Below, piece by piece: positions 38,651 through 46,977 of a stretch of DNA of 64,000 nt. Each line of letters begins with the position of its first letter. The first letter of the stretch is position 1. This DNA is from Terriglobia bacterium (lineage in GTDB: Bacteria > Acidobacteriota > Terriglobia > 20CM-2-55-15). Position numbers and translations under genes: made by a program. The stretch lies in assembly GCA_965198225.1 (NCBI GenBank), contig CBDAOY010000006.1, positions 736,001 through 800,000 on the forward strand, read 5' to 3'. Below the pieces are notes generated by a model. It saw only the letters and a list, made by a program, of their open reading frames with translations, was not told where the DNA came from and ran no database searches.

Positions 38651-39514
38651 ATGGCGGATCCGAACGCGATTCTCACCGGCAACGTCGCCGGTGACTTCTT
38701 CGTCGACGACACCTGCATCGATTGCGACCTTTGCCGGCAGATCGCCCCGGAGTCTTTTGCAGCCGATAACGGATACTCCGTCGTGTCTCTCCAGCCCGAT
38801 ACTCCCGAACAGATCCTCGACGCGCGCAAGGCCCTGGTGACCTGCCCAACGGGGTCGATCGGAACCCGGCAGAAACCGGACCTGGAAGAGGCACTTCGCG
38901 CCTACCCCGATCCGATCGACGAGAGCGTCTACTTCTGTGGATACTCCTCGCGGGACTCGTTCGGGGGGTCCAGTTATCTTGTCGTCCGGCCCGAAGGAAA
39001 CGTCCTGGTCGATTCCCCCCGTTTCGCCCGTCGACTGGTCCGGCGGTTGGAAGACATGGGCGGGATCTCGATGATGTTCCTCAGCCATCGAGACGATGTG
39101 GCCGACCACGAGAAATTTCGCGCGCACTTCGGTTGCGACCGCGTCATTCATAAACACGAAGCCCGGGGAATCACTGCCGAGCGCCTGCTCGAGGGAGTCG
39201 ACCCCGTTGAACTGGCCGCCGACCTGACCGCCATCCCGACGCCGGGCCACACCAGGGGACACGTCGTGCTGCTCTACAGACAGTTCCTTTTCACCGGCGA
39301 CCACCTTGCCTGGTCCCCCAACTACAAGCACCTGATCGCCTTCCGCAGACACAACTGGTATTCCTGGCCGGCGACGATTCGTTCGATGTCGCGTCTGCTC
39401 GATTGCCGCTTCGAATGGATCCTGCCGGGTCACGGCCGTCGGGCCCATTACCCGGCCGATATCATGCGAGCGAAGGTCGCGGAATGTCTGGAATGGATGA
39501 AGCGGGTCGCATAA
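38651..39514 (+). CDS. Ferredoxin-MBL-fold hydrolase fusion
   Basis: CIDCDLC..CPTGSI, SHRDDVADH, TPGHTRG, TGDH, PGHG. Confidence 0.88.
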   Translation: MADPNAILTGNVAGDFFVDDTCIDCDLCRQIAPESFAADNGYSVVSLQPDTPEQILDARKALVTCPTGSIGTRQKPDLEEALRAYPDPIDESVYFCGYSSRDSFGGSSYLVVRPEGNVLVDSPRFARRLVRRLEDMGGISMMFLSHRDDVADHEKFRAHFGCDRVIHKHEARGITAERLLEGVDPVELAADLTAIPTPGHTRGHVVLLYRQFLFTGDHLAWSPNYKHLIAFRRHNWYSWPATIRSMSRLLDCRFEWILPGHGRRAHYPADIMRAKVAECLEWMKRVA

Positions 39515-39567
39515 AATAATTCATCCGAAAATAATCGAGTCTTTTCTGTGACTTCCGAGGTGAAACC

Positions 39568-40941
39568 ATGCTGAGACCGAAGTTTCTCCTGGTGCCTGTG
39601 CTGTCGGCGGCTCTGCTCGTCCCGCAGGCATGGGCCGCACAGAGGGGGGCCTCCGACATACCGATCGAGTCGTTCCGGCTCGAGAACGGACTAAGAGTGG
39701 TTCTTTCCGAAGACCACTCGGCGCCAACCTACTCGATTTGCGTGGTCTATAACGTCGGTTCCCGGGATGAACGGCCGGGCAAGACCGGGTTTGCCCACCT
39801 GTTCGAACACATGATGTTCCAGGGGTCCGAGAACGTCGGTAAGGGCGAGCACTTCATCCTGATTCAGAACAACGGCGGTGGAATGAACGGGACGACCAGC
39901 CCGGACCGGACGAGCTATTTTCAGACACTCCCGGCGAATCAGCTCGACCTGGGGCTGTTCCTGGAAGCAGATCGAATGCGGTCGCTCGACATTTCCGAAC
40001 TGAACCTCGAGAACCAACGCCAGGCGGTAAAGGAGGAACGGCGACTGCGGGTCGACAACGCCCCCTACGGTCGTACTTTCGAGATCGTCTCCGAAACGGC
40101 GTACGAGAACTTCGGGTACCAGCACTCGACGATTGGCTCGATGGAAGACCTGAACGCCGCGACCCTGGACGACGTACGAGACTTCTTCGAGCGTTTCTAC
40201 GCCCCGAACAACGCGGTGGTCGCGCTCGTCGGAGACTTCGATACCACCGAAGCGCTGGAGAAAGTGAAGCAGTACTTCGGCGACATCCCCTCTCAGCTCG
40301 AGAATCCCGAAATCCTGACGACCGAACCCCAGCAGCGGGCCGAGAAGCGGGCGATGGTCCGCGACCGCTTCGCCCGTGTGCCTCGACTCGACATCGCTTA
40401 CAAGGCGCCTGTGGGCAACTCGAGCGACTGGTACATCGCTGCGGTGATGATGGAAGTCCTCGGCGGAGGCCGCTCGTCACGCCTCTACCAGCGACTGGTC
40501 GAAGAGGAGCAGGCCGCCCTCAACGTCGGTGGTTTCCTCACCGAGCGGCGCGGCCCTTCACTCATTCAGATAGTCGCTACGCCGCGGCCCGGAACCGAGC
40601 TCGCCGATCTGGAGCGCATCATCTACGAGGAGATCGACAAGATGAAGGAGGAGGGCGTCGAGGACCGGGAGATGGAAAAGATCCAGATGCAGATGGAGCG
40701 CCGGCAGGCTCAAGGGATGCAAAGCACGCTCGGCCGCGCCGTCAGCATCGCGGAGAACACGCTCTTCTACAACGATCCGAACCTCATCAACACGGTGTCC
40801 GAGAAATTCAGCCGGGTGACCAAGGGTCTGGTCCAGAGTGCGGCTCAGGTCTTCCTGACAGAGAACAACCGAACCGTCGTCACGACCCTGCCGCAGGGCG
40901 GTGGTCGTGGAAGGGGCCGCAGGGGGCCAGGAGGTCAATGA
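39568..40941 (+). CDS. M16 (pitrilysin) zinc peptidase, catalytic subunit
   Basis: GFAHLFEHMMF (HxxEH), EERR, YAPNNA. Confidence 0.93.
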   Translation: MLRPKFLLVPVLSAALLVPQAWAAQRGASDIPIESFRLENGLRVVLSEDHSAPTYSICVVYNVGSRDERPGKTGFAHLFEHMMFQGSENVGKGEHFILIQNNGGGMNGTTSPDRTSYFQTLPANQLDLGLFLEADRMRSLDISELNLENQRQAVKEERRLRVDNAPYGRTFEIVSETAYENFGYQHSTIGSMEDLNAATLDDVRDFFERFYAPNNAVVALVGDFDTTEALEKVKQYFGDIPSQLENPEILTTEPQQRAEKRAMVRDRFARVPRLDIAYKAPVGNSSDWYIAAVMMEVLGGGRSSRLYQRLVEEEQAALNVGGFLTERRGPSLIQIVATPRPGTELADLERIIYEEIDKMKEEGVEDREMEKIQMQMERRQAQGMQSTLGRAVSIAENTLFYNDPNLINTVSEKFSRVTKGLVQSAAQVFLTENNRTVVTTLPQGGGRGRGRRGPGGQ

Positions 40942-42422
40942 TGATCCGGTCGAATGCCAAATGGAACTGGGCCCTTCTATGCGCCTTGACCCTTTCTGTC
41001 CCGCCGGTCTCGGCACAGGAAGGCAGCCCCACCCCCGAACGGTCGGAAGTTGTTCGTAAGAACCGGGCGCCGGTGTCGGACGAAGTCCTGCGGGTTCGAT
41101 TGCCCAGCGCCGTGGAAGCGGTCCTGGACAACGGACTGACGGTTTTGATCCTGGAAGACCACCGGCAGCCCATCGTGTCGATGCAGCTCACCCTCAGCGG
41201 TGCCGGACCGCTCTATGAGCCTCCCGAGCTTGTCGGACTGGCCGGGGTCACGGCGACGATGCTTCGCGACGGGACGACGACGCGGAGCAAGCGGGAGATT
41301 CTCGATGAGGTCGCCGGTCTGGGAGCGACGCTGTCGAGCCGATCGGGTTTCGGCTCTGCCGCCGCCTCGATCACCGCGTCCGGGTTGAGCCGCAACCTGG
41401 ACGATTGGTTCGAGGTGATGCGCGACCTTCTGCTTCATCCGAGCTTCCCCGAGGAGGAATTGGAACAGCTCCGGCGGCGCTCGAAGGTGCGTCTGCAGCA
41501 ACAGCGCACGTCCGCCGGTTTTCTGGCGCGTGAGCGCTTCAACAAGGCTGTTTTCGGAGACCACCCGGCATCTGCCGTGGCGCAGACCGAGGAATCGCTC
41601 GACCGCTTGACGACGGAGGTCATCGTCAAATGGCATCGCGACCGATACGCCCCGCAGAACGCGATACTCGGCATTGCCGGAGACGTGAAGGCCGAAGAGA
41701 TTGTGCCGAAGCTGAATGAGCTGCTCCTAGAGTGGGAACGGACCGACCTGGTCGAAGAGTTGCCGCCCGACCCGGAACCGATGGAAACGAAAAAGATTCT
41801 CCTGGTCGACCGGCCGAACTCCGCCCAGACGACCATCTTCATGGGTAACGTCGTCCTTGAACGGAAACACCCCGACTACATCCCGTTGACGGTCCTGAAC
41901 GATGTTCTCGGCGGCAGTGCGGCGGCGCGCCTCTTCATTAATCTCCGCGAGGAGAAGGGTTACACCTACGGAGCCTACAGTTCTTTCTCGGCGCTGAAGT
42001 ATCCCGGGGCCTGGAACGCCTACGCCGACGTTCGGACCGAAGTCACCGATGGCGCGATGACCGAATTCCTCAAAGAGATCCGGAGGATTCGGGAAGAAAG
42101 GGTGCCCGAAGCGGAACTGGAAGAGGTGAAGCGATCGATCGTTTCAGGATTTGCGCTGTCCCTGGAGCGACCGACCGAGCTGCTGCGCTATTCGACGATT
42201 CGCGAGATCTACGAGTTTGCGGACGACTACTGGGACCGGTATCCGGCCCAGATCATGGCTGTCACGCCCGATGATGTAGTGAGAATGGCCGAGAAGTACC
42301 TGAACCCGGACGCGCTCCAGATCATTGCCGTCGGAGACGCCAGTCGTATCAGAGAAGTGATGGAAAAGTACGGGCCGGTGGAGATGTACGATATGGAAGG
42401 AAACGTCGTGCCCAATCCATAG
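40938..42422 (+). CDS. M16 peptidase family, non-catalytic partner subunit
   Basis: Lacks HxxEH; has RLFINLREEKGYTYG. Confidence 0.9.
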   Translation: MMIRSNAKWNWALLCALTLSVPPVSAQEGSPTPERSEVVRKNRAPVSDEVLRVRLPSAVEAVLDNGLTVLILEDHRQPIVSMQLTLSGAGPLYEPPELVGLAGVTATMLRDGTTTRSKREILDEVAGLGATLSSRSGFGSAAASITASGLSRNLDDWFEVMRDLLLHPSFPEEELEQLRRRSKVRLQQQRTSAGFLARERFNKAVFGDHPASAVAQTEESLDRLTTEVIVKWHRDRYAPQNAILGIAGDVKAEEIVPKLNELLLEWERTDLVEELPPDPEPMETKKILLVDRPNSAQTTIFMGNVVLERKHPDYIPLTVLNDVLGGSAAARLFINLREEKGYTYGAYSSFSALKYPGAWNAYADVRTEVTDGAMTEFLKEIRRIREERVPEAELEEVKRSIVSGFALSLERPTELLRYSTIREIYEFADDYWDRYPAQIMAVTPDDVVRMAEKYLNPDALQIIAVGDASRIREVMEKYGPVEMYDMEGNVVPNP

Positions 42423-42434
42423 CCCACAGAAACC

Positions 42435-42460
42435 GGGCACAGCGGTGAACCGCTGTGCCC
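42435..42460. terminator. Stem-loop between convergent genes
   Basis: GGGCACAGCGG-TGAA-CCGCTGTGCCC. Confidence 0.7.
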
Positions 42461-42475
42461 AACAGCGCTAGCCTG

Positions 42476-42772
42476 CTAGTACCGGCCGTAACCGCCGCCG
42501 CGACCGCCGCCACCACCCTGCCTTGGGGTCTGGGGTCGCGCTTCATTCACCGTGAGAGCTCGTCCGTCGAGTTCAGTTCCGTTGAGCTGTTCGATCGCCT
42601 TGTCGGCTTCGTCATCACCCATTTCAACAAAGCCGAAACCCCGGGATCGACCGGTATCCCGGTCCGTGATGATCCTTACCGATTCGACGCTGCCGACCTG
42701 TCCGAACAGGCCATCGAGATCATCTTCCGTCGTCTGAAACGGGAGATTTCCAACATACAGTTTCTTCGTCAT
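42476..42772 (-). CDS. RNA-binding protein (RRM), paralog of 9165..9464
   Basis: KLYVGNL, RGFGFVEM, Gly-rich tail. Confidence 0.95.
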   Translation of the reverse strand: MTKKLYVGNLPFQTTEDDLDGLFGQVGSVESVRIITDRDTGRSRGFGFVEMGDDEADKAIEQLNGTELDGRALTVNEARPQTPRQGGGGGRGGGYGRY

Positions 42773-42946
42773 TTATCTTCCTCAGGAATTAGCTGTAGGG
42801 AACTTCGAGGGCTTTGCGGGAAAGGAAGGGCAGGAACTAACAGTCCAACTACTTTCCGGACAGAGACTAGAGGCTCCGAAACAACGGGATTTGTCGCAAC
42901 TCTTGTTGCGTCAAGTAACAGTAAAGGTTCCGGGTGATCTTGTCAA
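42773..42946 (-). promoter_or_regulatory. sigma70 promoter plus conserved 5' leader of RRM gene
   Basis: TTGACA (42946-42941)-N17-TACTGT. Leader homologous to 9027-9164. Confidence 0.7.
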
Positions 42947-42981
42947 ACCCCTTTGAATACGTTCGCTTCGGAGTCCGACAC

Positions 42982-44784
42982 TCATCGCTCGCGGGGACGG
43001 AGTCGGTGGACGCGGCGCGTTCCCGACAGACCCCTTATTTGAACATCGAACTCTTCGTGTCCGTGCGGTCGTGCCGCAAGCCGTTTCTGCGCCTCCGGGT
43101 CGTGGTAAACCTGGTCGGTCACGACGACGTCCCTGCCCCGGCTCTCCCTCTGAACCCTCGCTGCGATGTTCACGGTCGTGCCGAAGTAATCCAGGCTGTC
43201 GTTCAGGTTTACTGCAAAACATGACCCCTGGTGTATGCCGATCTTCAGGGTCAGTGGCGGTCGTCTCTCATGGTTGTCCTTCTCGATCCGGTCGTGCATG
43301 CCGAACGCTGCCTCGATCGCGGCCGGAGCATCCGGAAAAACCGCCATCACCGCGTCGCCGATCGTCTTGACGAACGTTCCATCCGAGGCGGCGACGACCT
43401 CCCGAAGAAGTTCGAAGTGTTGACGAACGCGTGCATAGGCCGAAGTTTCACCCAGTTGCTCATACATCGCGGTCGAAGCCTGGAGGTCCGTGAACATCAG
43501 GCAGACGGTCCCGGCGCGAACCTGCGTATCCGGCGACAGGACCTCCGATGAAAACAGCGTTCGGAACTCGGGCAGTGCGGTCACCAGCGCGGCGGTCGTG
43601 GCCTGCTCGGCTTCGGCGCGCCGTTCGAGCATCACGGTATGCGTCTTATCGGTGGAGTTACGGATCGTCAGTGTGAAGCTCGGGTTCAGTGTCGTTTCCC
43701 TCGGCCGCACACCAGCATCCAGGGTTACGGAGGCATCCCTTTCGCCACTTTCCGAGACGATGCGGATCGAGGATTCTCCCGGCAGCTTCAATGAACGGAG
43801 TCGGTAGGTCCATGGTTCCAGCTCAAGAGTAAGCGTGCGGGTTTCCCCTGCCGGGATCTGTTGCTGGACGACGACGTGGGGAGCGTTCATCGGACCGCCA
43901 CTGCAGTAATCGGCCACGTCCAGCCTCCGGATTCCGGCGTTCGGGCGAAAAGTGACTTCGACCGATTCGGCGAAGTCCGCCGTGTAGCGAATATTGCAGG
44001 CGTCACAGTGGGCTTCCGTGCGGAGGTCGCGCAGCTTTGACTCTCGAACCTTCGCGCCGCGGCAGCTCGGACAGATGACATCCCAGGACACGTCCAGCAG
44101 TCCCGCGCTCGCGGCATGGAGGAACAGCTTGAGGGTAAGCAGCCGATCCGCGCCCCAACGATCGGCGTACCGGAACGCGCGCATCCGATCCAGGTCTTCG
44201 TCTTCGGAGGTCTCGAGAGCTTTCAGCAGCTCGGGGAGGGATTGCACCCAGTCGGCGTCGCGCATTCGCTGTCCGAGAGTCTGAAGTCGCGTCGTCGACA
44301 GCCCTCGTCGTCGGACCCGCTGGAACGGGGTGCCGGCATCCCCTCCGAGAAACCGGTCGATCCTGCGGTAGACGCGTTCGAAGCGCCGACGCGAGTGCCA
44401 GCCGATCTCCCAGTAGATCAGCGGAGCCAGCGGCAGCCAGCGTGGCTCGACCGTGATGGATTCTTCGAGCAGCGTTCCTCCGTTTTCGGGCCGAAGGAAC
44501 ACGGCCATCTGGAACCTCCGAAGCGGGCCATTGTGGTAGGAACGGACGACTTCGTACTGGCGTCCCTCGATCCACTCGAAGGGGTGCTCGTCCCACCGCA
44601 CGCGCCAACCCATGTAGCGCAGTTCGCCCACCTGGTGCGAGCCCCCGTCGGACTCAGGGACATAGCTCAGCTTCCATTCGGGGAGTCCAGCGGCCTCGTT
44701 CAGCCGGCTGGTGTCGGCGAGGTAGCGCCACAGTCGTCCCGGCTCCGTCTTCAGGTGGACTTTCCAGAGGAACTTCAGGTTCAT
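42982..44784 (-). CDS. Class III adenylate/guanylate cyclase with SRPBCC-like and DUF5939-like domains
   Basis: MFTDLQASTAMY, FVKTIGDAVMA, KIGIH, DYFGTTVNIAAR; central CPSC..CDAC..YCSGGP; N-terminal LWRYLADT..EHPFEW. Confidence 0.88.
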   Translation of the reverse strand: MNLKFLWKVHLKTEPGRLWRYLADTSRLNEAAGLPEWKLSYVPESDGGSHQVGELRYMGWRVRWDEHPFEWIEGRQYEVVRSYHNGPLRRFQMAVFLRPENGGTLLEESITVEPRWLPLAPLIYWEIGWHSRRRFERVYRRIDRFLGGDAGTPFQRVRRRGLSTTRLQTLGQRMRDADWVQSLPELLKALETSEDEDLDRMRAFRYADRWGADRLLTLKLFLHAASAGLLDVSWDVICPSCRGAKVRESKLRDLRTEAHCDACNIRYTADFAESVEVTFRPNAGIRRLDVADYCSGGPMNAPHVVVQQQIPAGETRTLTLELEPWTYRLRSLKLPGESSIRIVSESGERDASVTLDAGVRPRETTLNPSFTLTIRNSTDKTHTVMLERRAEAEQATTAALVTALPEFRTLFSSEVLSPDTQVRAGTVCLMFTDLQASTAMYEQLGETSAYARVRQHFELLREVVAASDGTFVKTIGDAVMAVFPDAPAAIEAAFGMHDRIEKDNHERRPPLTLKIGIHQGSCFAVNLNDSLDYFGTTVNIAARVQRESRGRDVVVTDQVYHDPEAQKRLAARPHGHEEFDVQIRGLSGTRRVHRLRPRER

Positions 44785-45070
44785 AAGAGGTTGCTAACGG
44801 GAAGCCGACACGTTCGCTTGCTGCGGATCAGTTCCCTTATACCGCATTAGTGACAAGCGAGTGTAGGTGCGGTCTATGACCGCACACTCCCCAAGCCCGA
44901 ACAATGTGTAGACCGTAGGTTCATAAGAGGTTGCTAACGGGAAGCCGACACGTTCGCTTGCTGCGGATCAGTTCCCTTATACCGCATTAGTGACAAGCGA
45001 GTGTAGGTGCGGTCTATGACCGCACACTCCCCAAGCCCGAACAATGTGCGGTCACAGACCGCACCTACAC
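44777..45070. repeat. 132-bp exact tandem duplication ending in a REP
   Basis: 44777-44908 equals 44917-45048. REP arms at 44861 and 45001-45070. Confidence 0.9.
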
Positions 45071-45112
45071 CTCCGGCCCCGCCGACTCTGCGTGATAAAA
45101 TCAGATACACCC

Positions 45113-46687
45113 ATGCACTTCCTCCTCGCCGCCGTTTTATTTTCTTCCTGGGTCCAGGTGCGGTCCGACGCCTTCGTGGTCAAGTCCCCGATCGGAGTCG
45201 AGCAGGCGGCCACTGTTCTGGAAGAGCTGGAGACCTTTTACCAGATCGTGGGGGGAGAGATGTTCCGGGGTGTGCGAACGCCGGACCTCCCCCTGGAAGT
45301 CCTCGTGCTCGAGAGGGAAGAGATCGAGGGTCTCGGTTCGGCCTACATCAGCGATCCCGATGACCTCAACGGGTTCTACCAGAAAGGTATCGACCGCGAC
45401 TTCATCGTCTTGTCGGCCGACCTCACCGGAAAGGTCTCGACCCAGGTCGTCTACCATGAACTGACGCACTACCTGGCGTCGCGGGCGATGCTGCGGCCTC
45501 CGACCTGGCTGAACGAAGGGTTGGGAGAATACTTCAGCTCGGCCACCATCAGCGGCAACCGACTTCAAGTCGGAAGAGTTCTGGAGGACAAGGTCCGTCT
45601 ACTGACCTCCATTGCCCTCCTTCCGCTGGAAGAGTTGTTTGCCGTCGGTCCGGATTCGTCCTATTACAACGAACGGGACAAGGCCAACGTTTTCTACTCC
45701 CAGGCGTGGGCCCTGGTGCATTTCCTGTTCCACGGCCCATACGCGGAACCTTTTCACGAGTACCTCGGTGCGCTGCGGCGCCGCGAAGCCGATCTGATCG
45801 AGTTCTTGCCGGTCAGCCCAGATCGCTTCGAGCGGGAGTTTGCCGGCTATCTTCGGCGGACGGTTCAGACGCAGTCGCCGCGGAGGATGGAGGGTCCGGT
45901 GGAATTGGTCGATGCCGTACCCCGTACGATCGACCGCGCCGAGATTGACGCCAGCCTTGCAGAAATGCTCCTCTCCAGCGGCCGCACCGAGGAGTCTCTG
46001 CCGTACCTGGAAGCCGCTTCCCACTACGAACCAATCCGGACGCGAATCGAGTACTTCCGTGGAATTCTGGCCTGGGTGGCTGGTAAAGAGGAGGCCCGGG
46101 ACCACTTCGTCGACTCGCTTATCGACGAAGAGTTCGGCTCCCGGGCGGCGTTTCACCTGGTCCAGATGCGTGAACTGGGAATCCCGGAAGTGCGGACGAC
46201 GCTGGAGCGGGCCGCAGCCGCCGGCGCTCGGGAGCCGCTCATATACTGGGCCCTTTCCGAAATCTACCTGGCGGAGATGAAGCGGATCGAGGGGCTCGTC
46301 GAGGTCGCGGCCGCCAGGCACATACCGCCGGAGCTGCCAAGAGTCCGGCTCATGGTGGAAGGGGTGCTGGAGGCCGAACCGGTCTATCGGGAGTACGCGT
46401 CGGAGAGCCGCCAGCATATCGAGTATCGGTTGCTCACGACCGACGAAACTGGACCGCGGGTTCAGGACGTGGTCATGCCCTACTACCCCGACGATCTGAG
46501 AGACGATTCCGTCCACGGCGATGTGATCCTGGATGTTCAGGTATCCCCTGAAGGCGACGTCATCGGCGTGTGGTTGATTTCGTCGGAACCGGATGTCTTC
46601 GGCAACCTGGCAACCGGCGCCGTCCGTGACTGGAGGTTCGATCCGGTCCCGTCCAAAGTCCGCGTTTCGATTCGGTTTCTGCCATAG
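45113..46687 (+). CDS. DUF1570-like zincin domain protein with C-terminal TonB domain
   Basis: VYHELTHY..WLNEGLGEYF; C-terminal PYYP..GDVILDVQVSPEGDV..AVRDWRFDP. Confidence 0.75.
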   Translation: MHFLLAAVLFSSWVQVRSDAFVVKSPIGVEQAATVLEELETFYQIVGGEMFRGVRTPDLPLEVLVLEREEIEGLGSAYISDPDDLNGFYQKGIDRDFIVLSADLTGKVSTQVVYHELTHYLASRAMLRPPTWLNEGLGEYFSSATISGNRLQVGRVLEDKVRLLTSIALLPLEELFAVGPDSSYYNERDKANVFYSQAWALVHFLFHGPYAEPFHEYLGALRRREADLIEFLPVSPDRFEREFAGYLRRTVQTQSPRRMEGPVELVDAVPRTIDRAEIDASLAEMLLSSGRTEESLPYLEAASHYEPIRTRIEYFRGILAWVAGKEEARDHFVDSLIDEEFGSRAAFHLVQMRELGIPEVRTTLERAAAAGAREPLIYWALSEIYLAEMKRIEGLVEVAAARHIPPELPRVRLMVEGVLEAEPVYREYASESRQHIEYRLLTTDETGPRVQDVVMPYYPDDLRDDSVHGDVILDVQVSPEGDVIGVWLISSEPDVFGNLATGAVRDWRFDPVPSKVRVSIRFLP

Positions 46688-46977
46688 CAGGCCGCAACCC
46701 TTCCCTGTTTCCGAATTAAGACCAGGCTCAGCTGGTATCATGGCCTGAATACAGATCAGGCCGACGCTTAGGGGCCGACGCCGATGCTGACTGGCGTCGG
46801 TCGTAACAGTGGTGTCCGACCCAGTCGTGGAACAAGAGTTCCGAGAGACCCCAGGAAGGCCCAAGCCCCACCGATCCAACACGTTGGCATATTGACTGAA
46901 ACCGGATATCATTGTCGACCCGCCGACCCTACCGCACGGCGTCGGGATGGAATCTTTTGCGGAAGTGGGGAGCTGTA

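Noticed and set aside
46690-46977. Cobalamin/TPP riboswitch or Fur/Zur box before the TonB receptor
   Set aside because: Only generic hairpins were seen, with no B12 box, TPP core or convincing operator.
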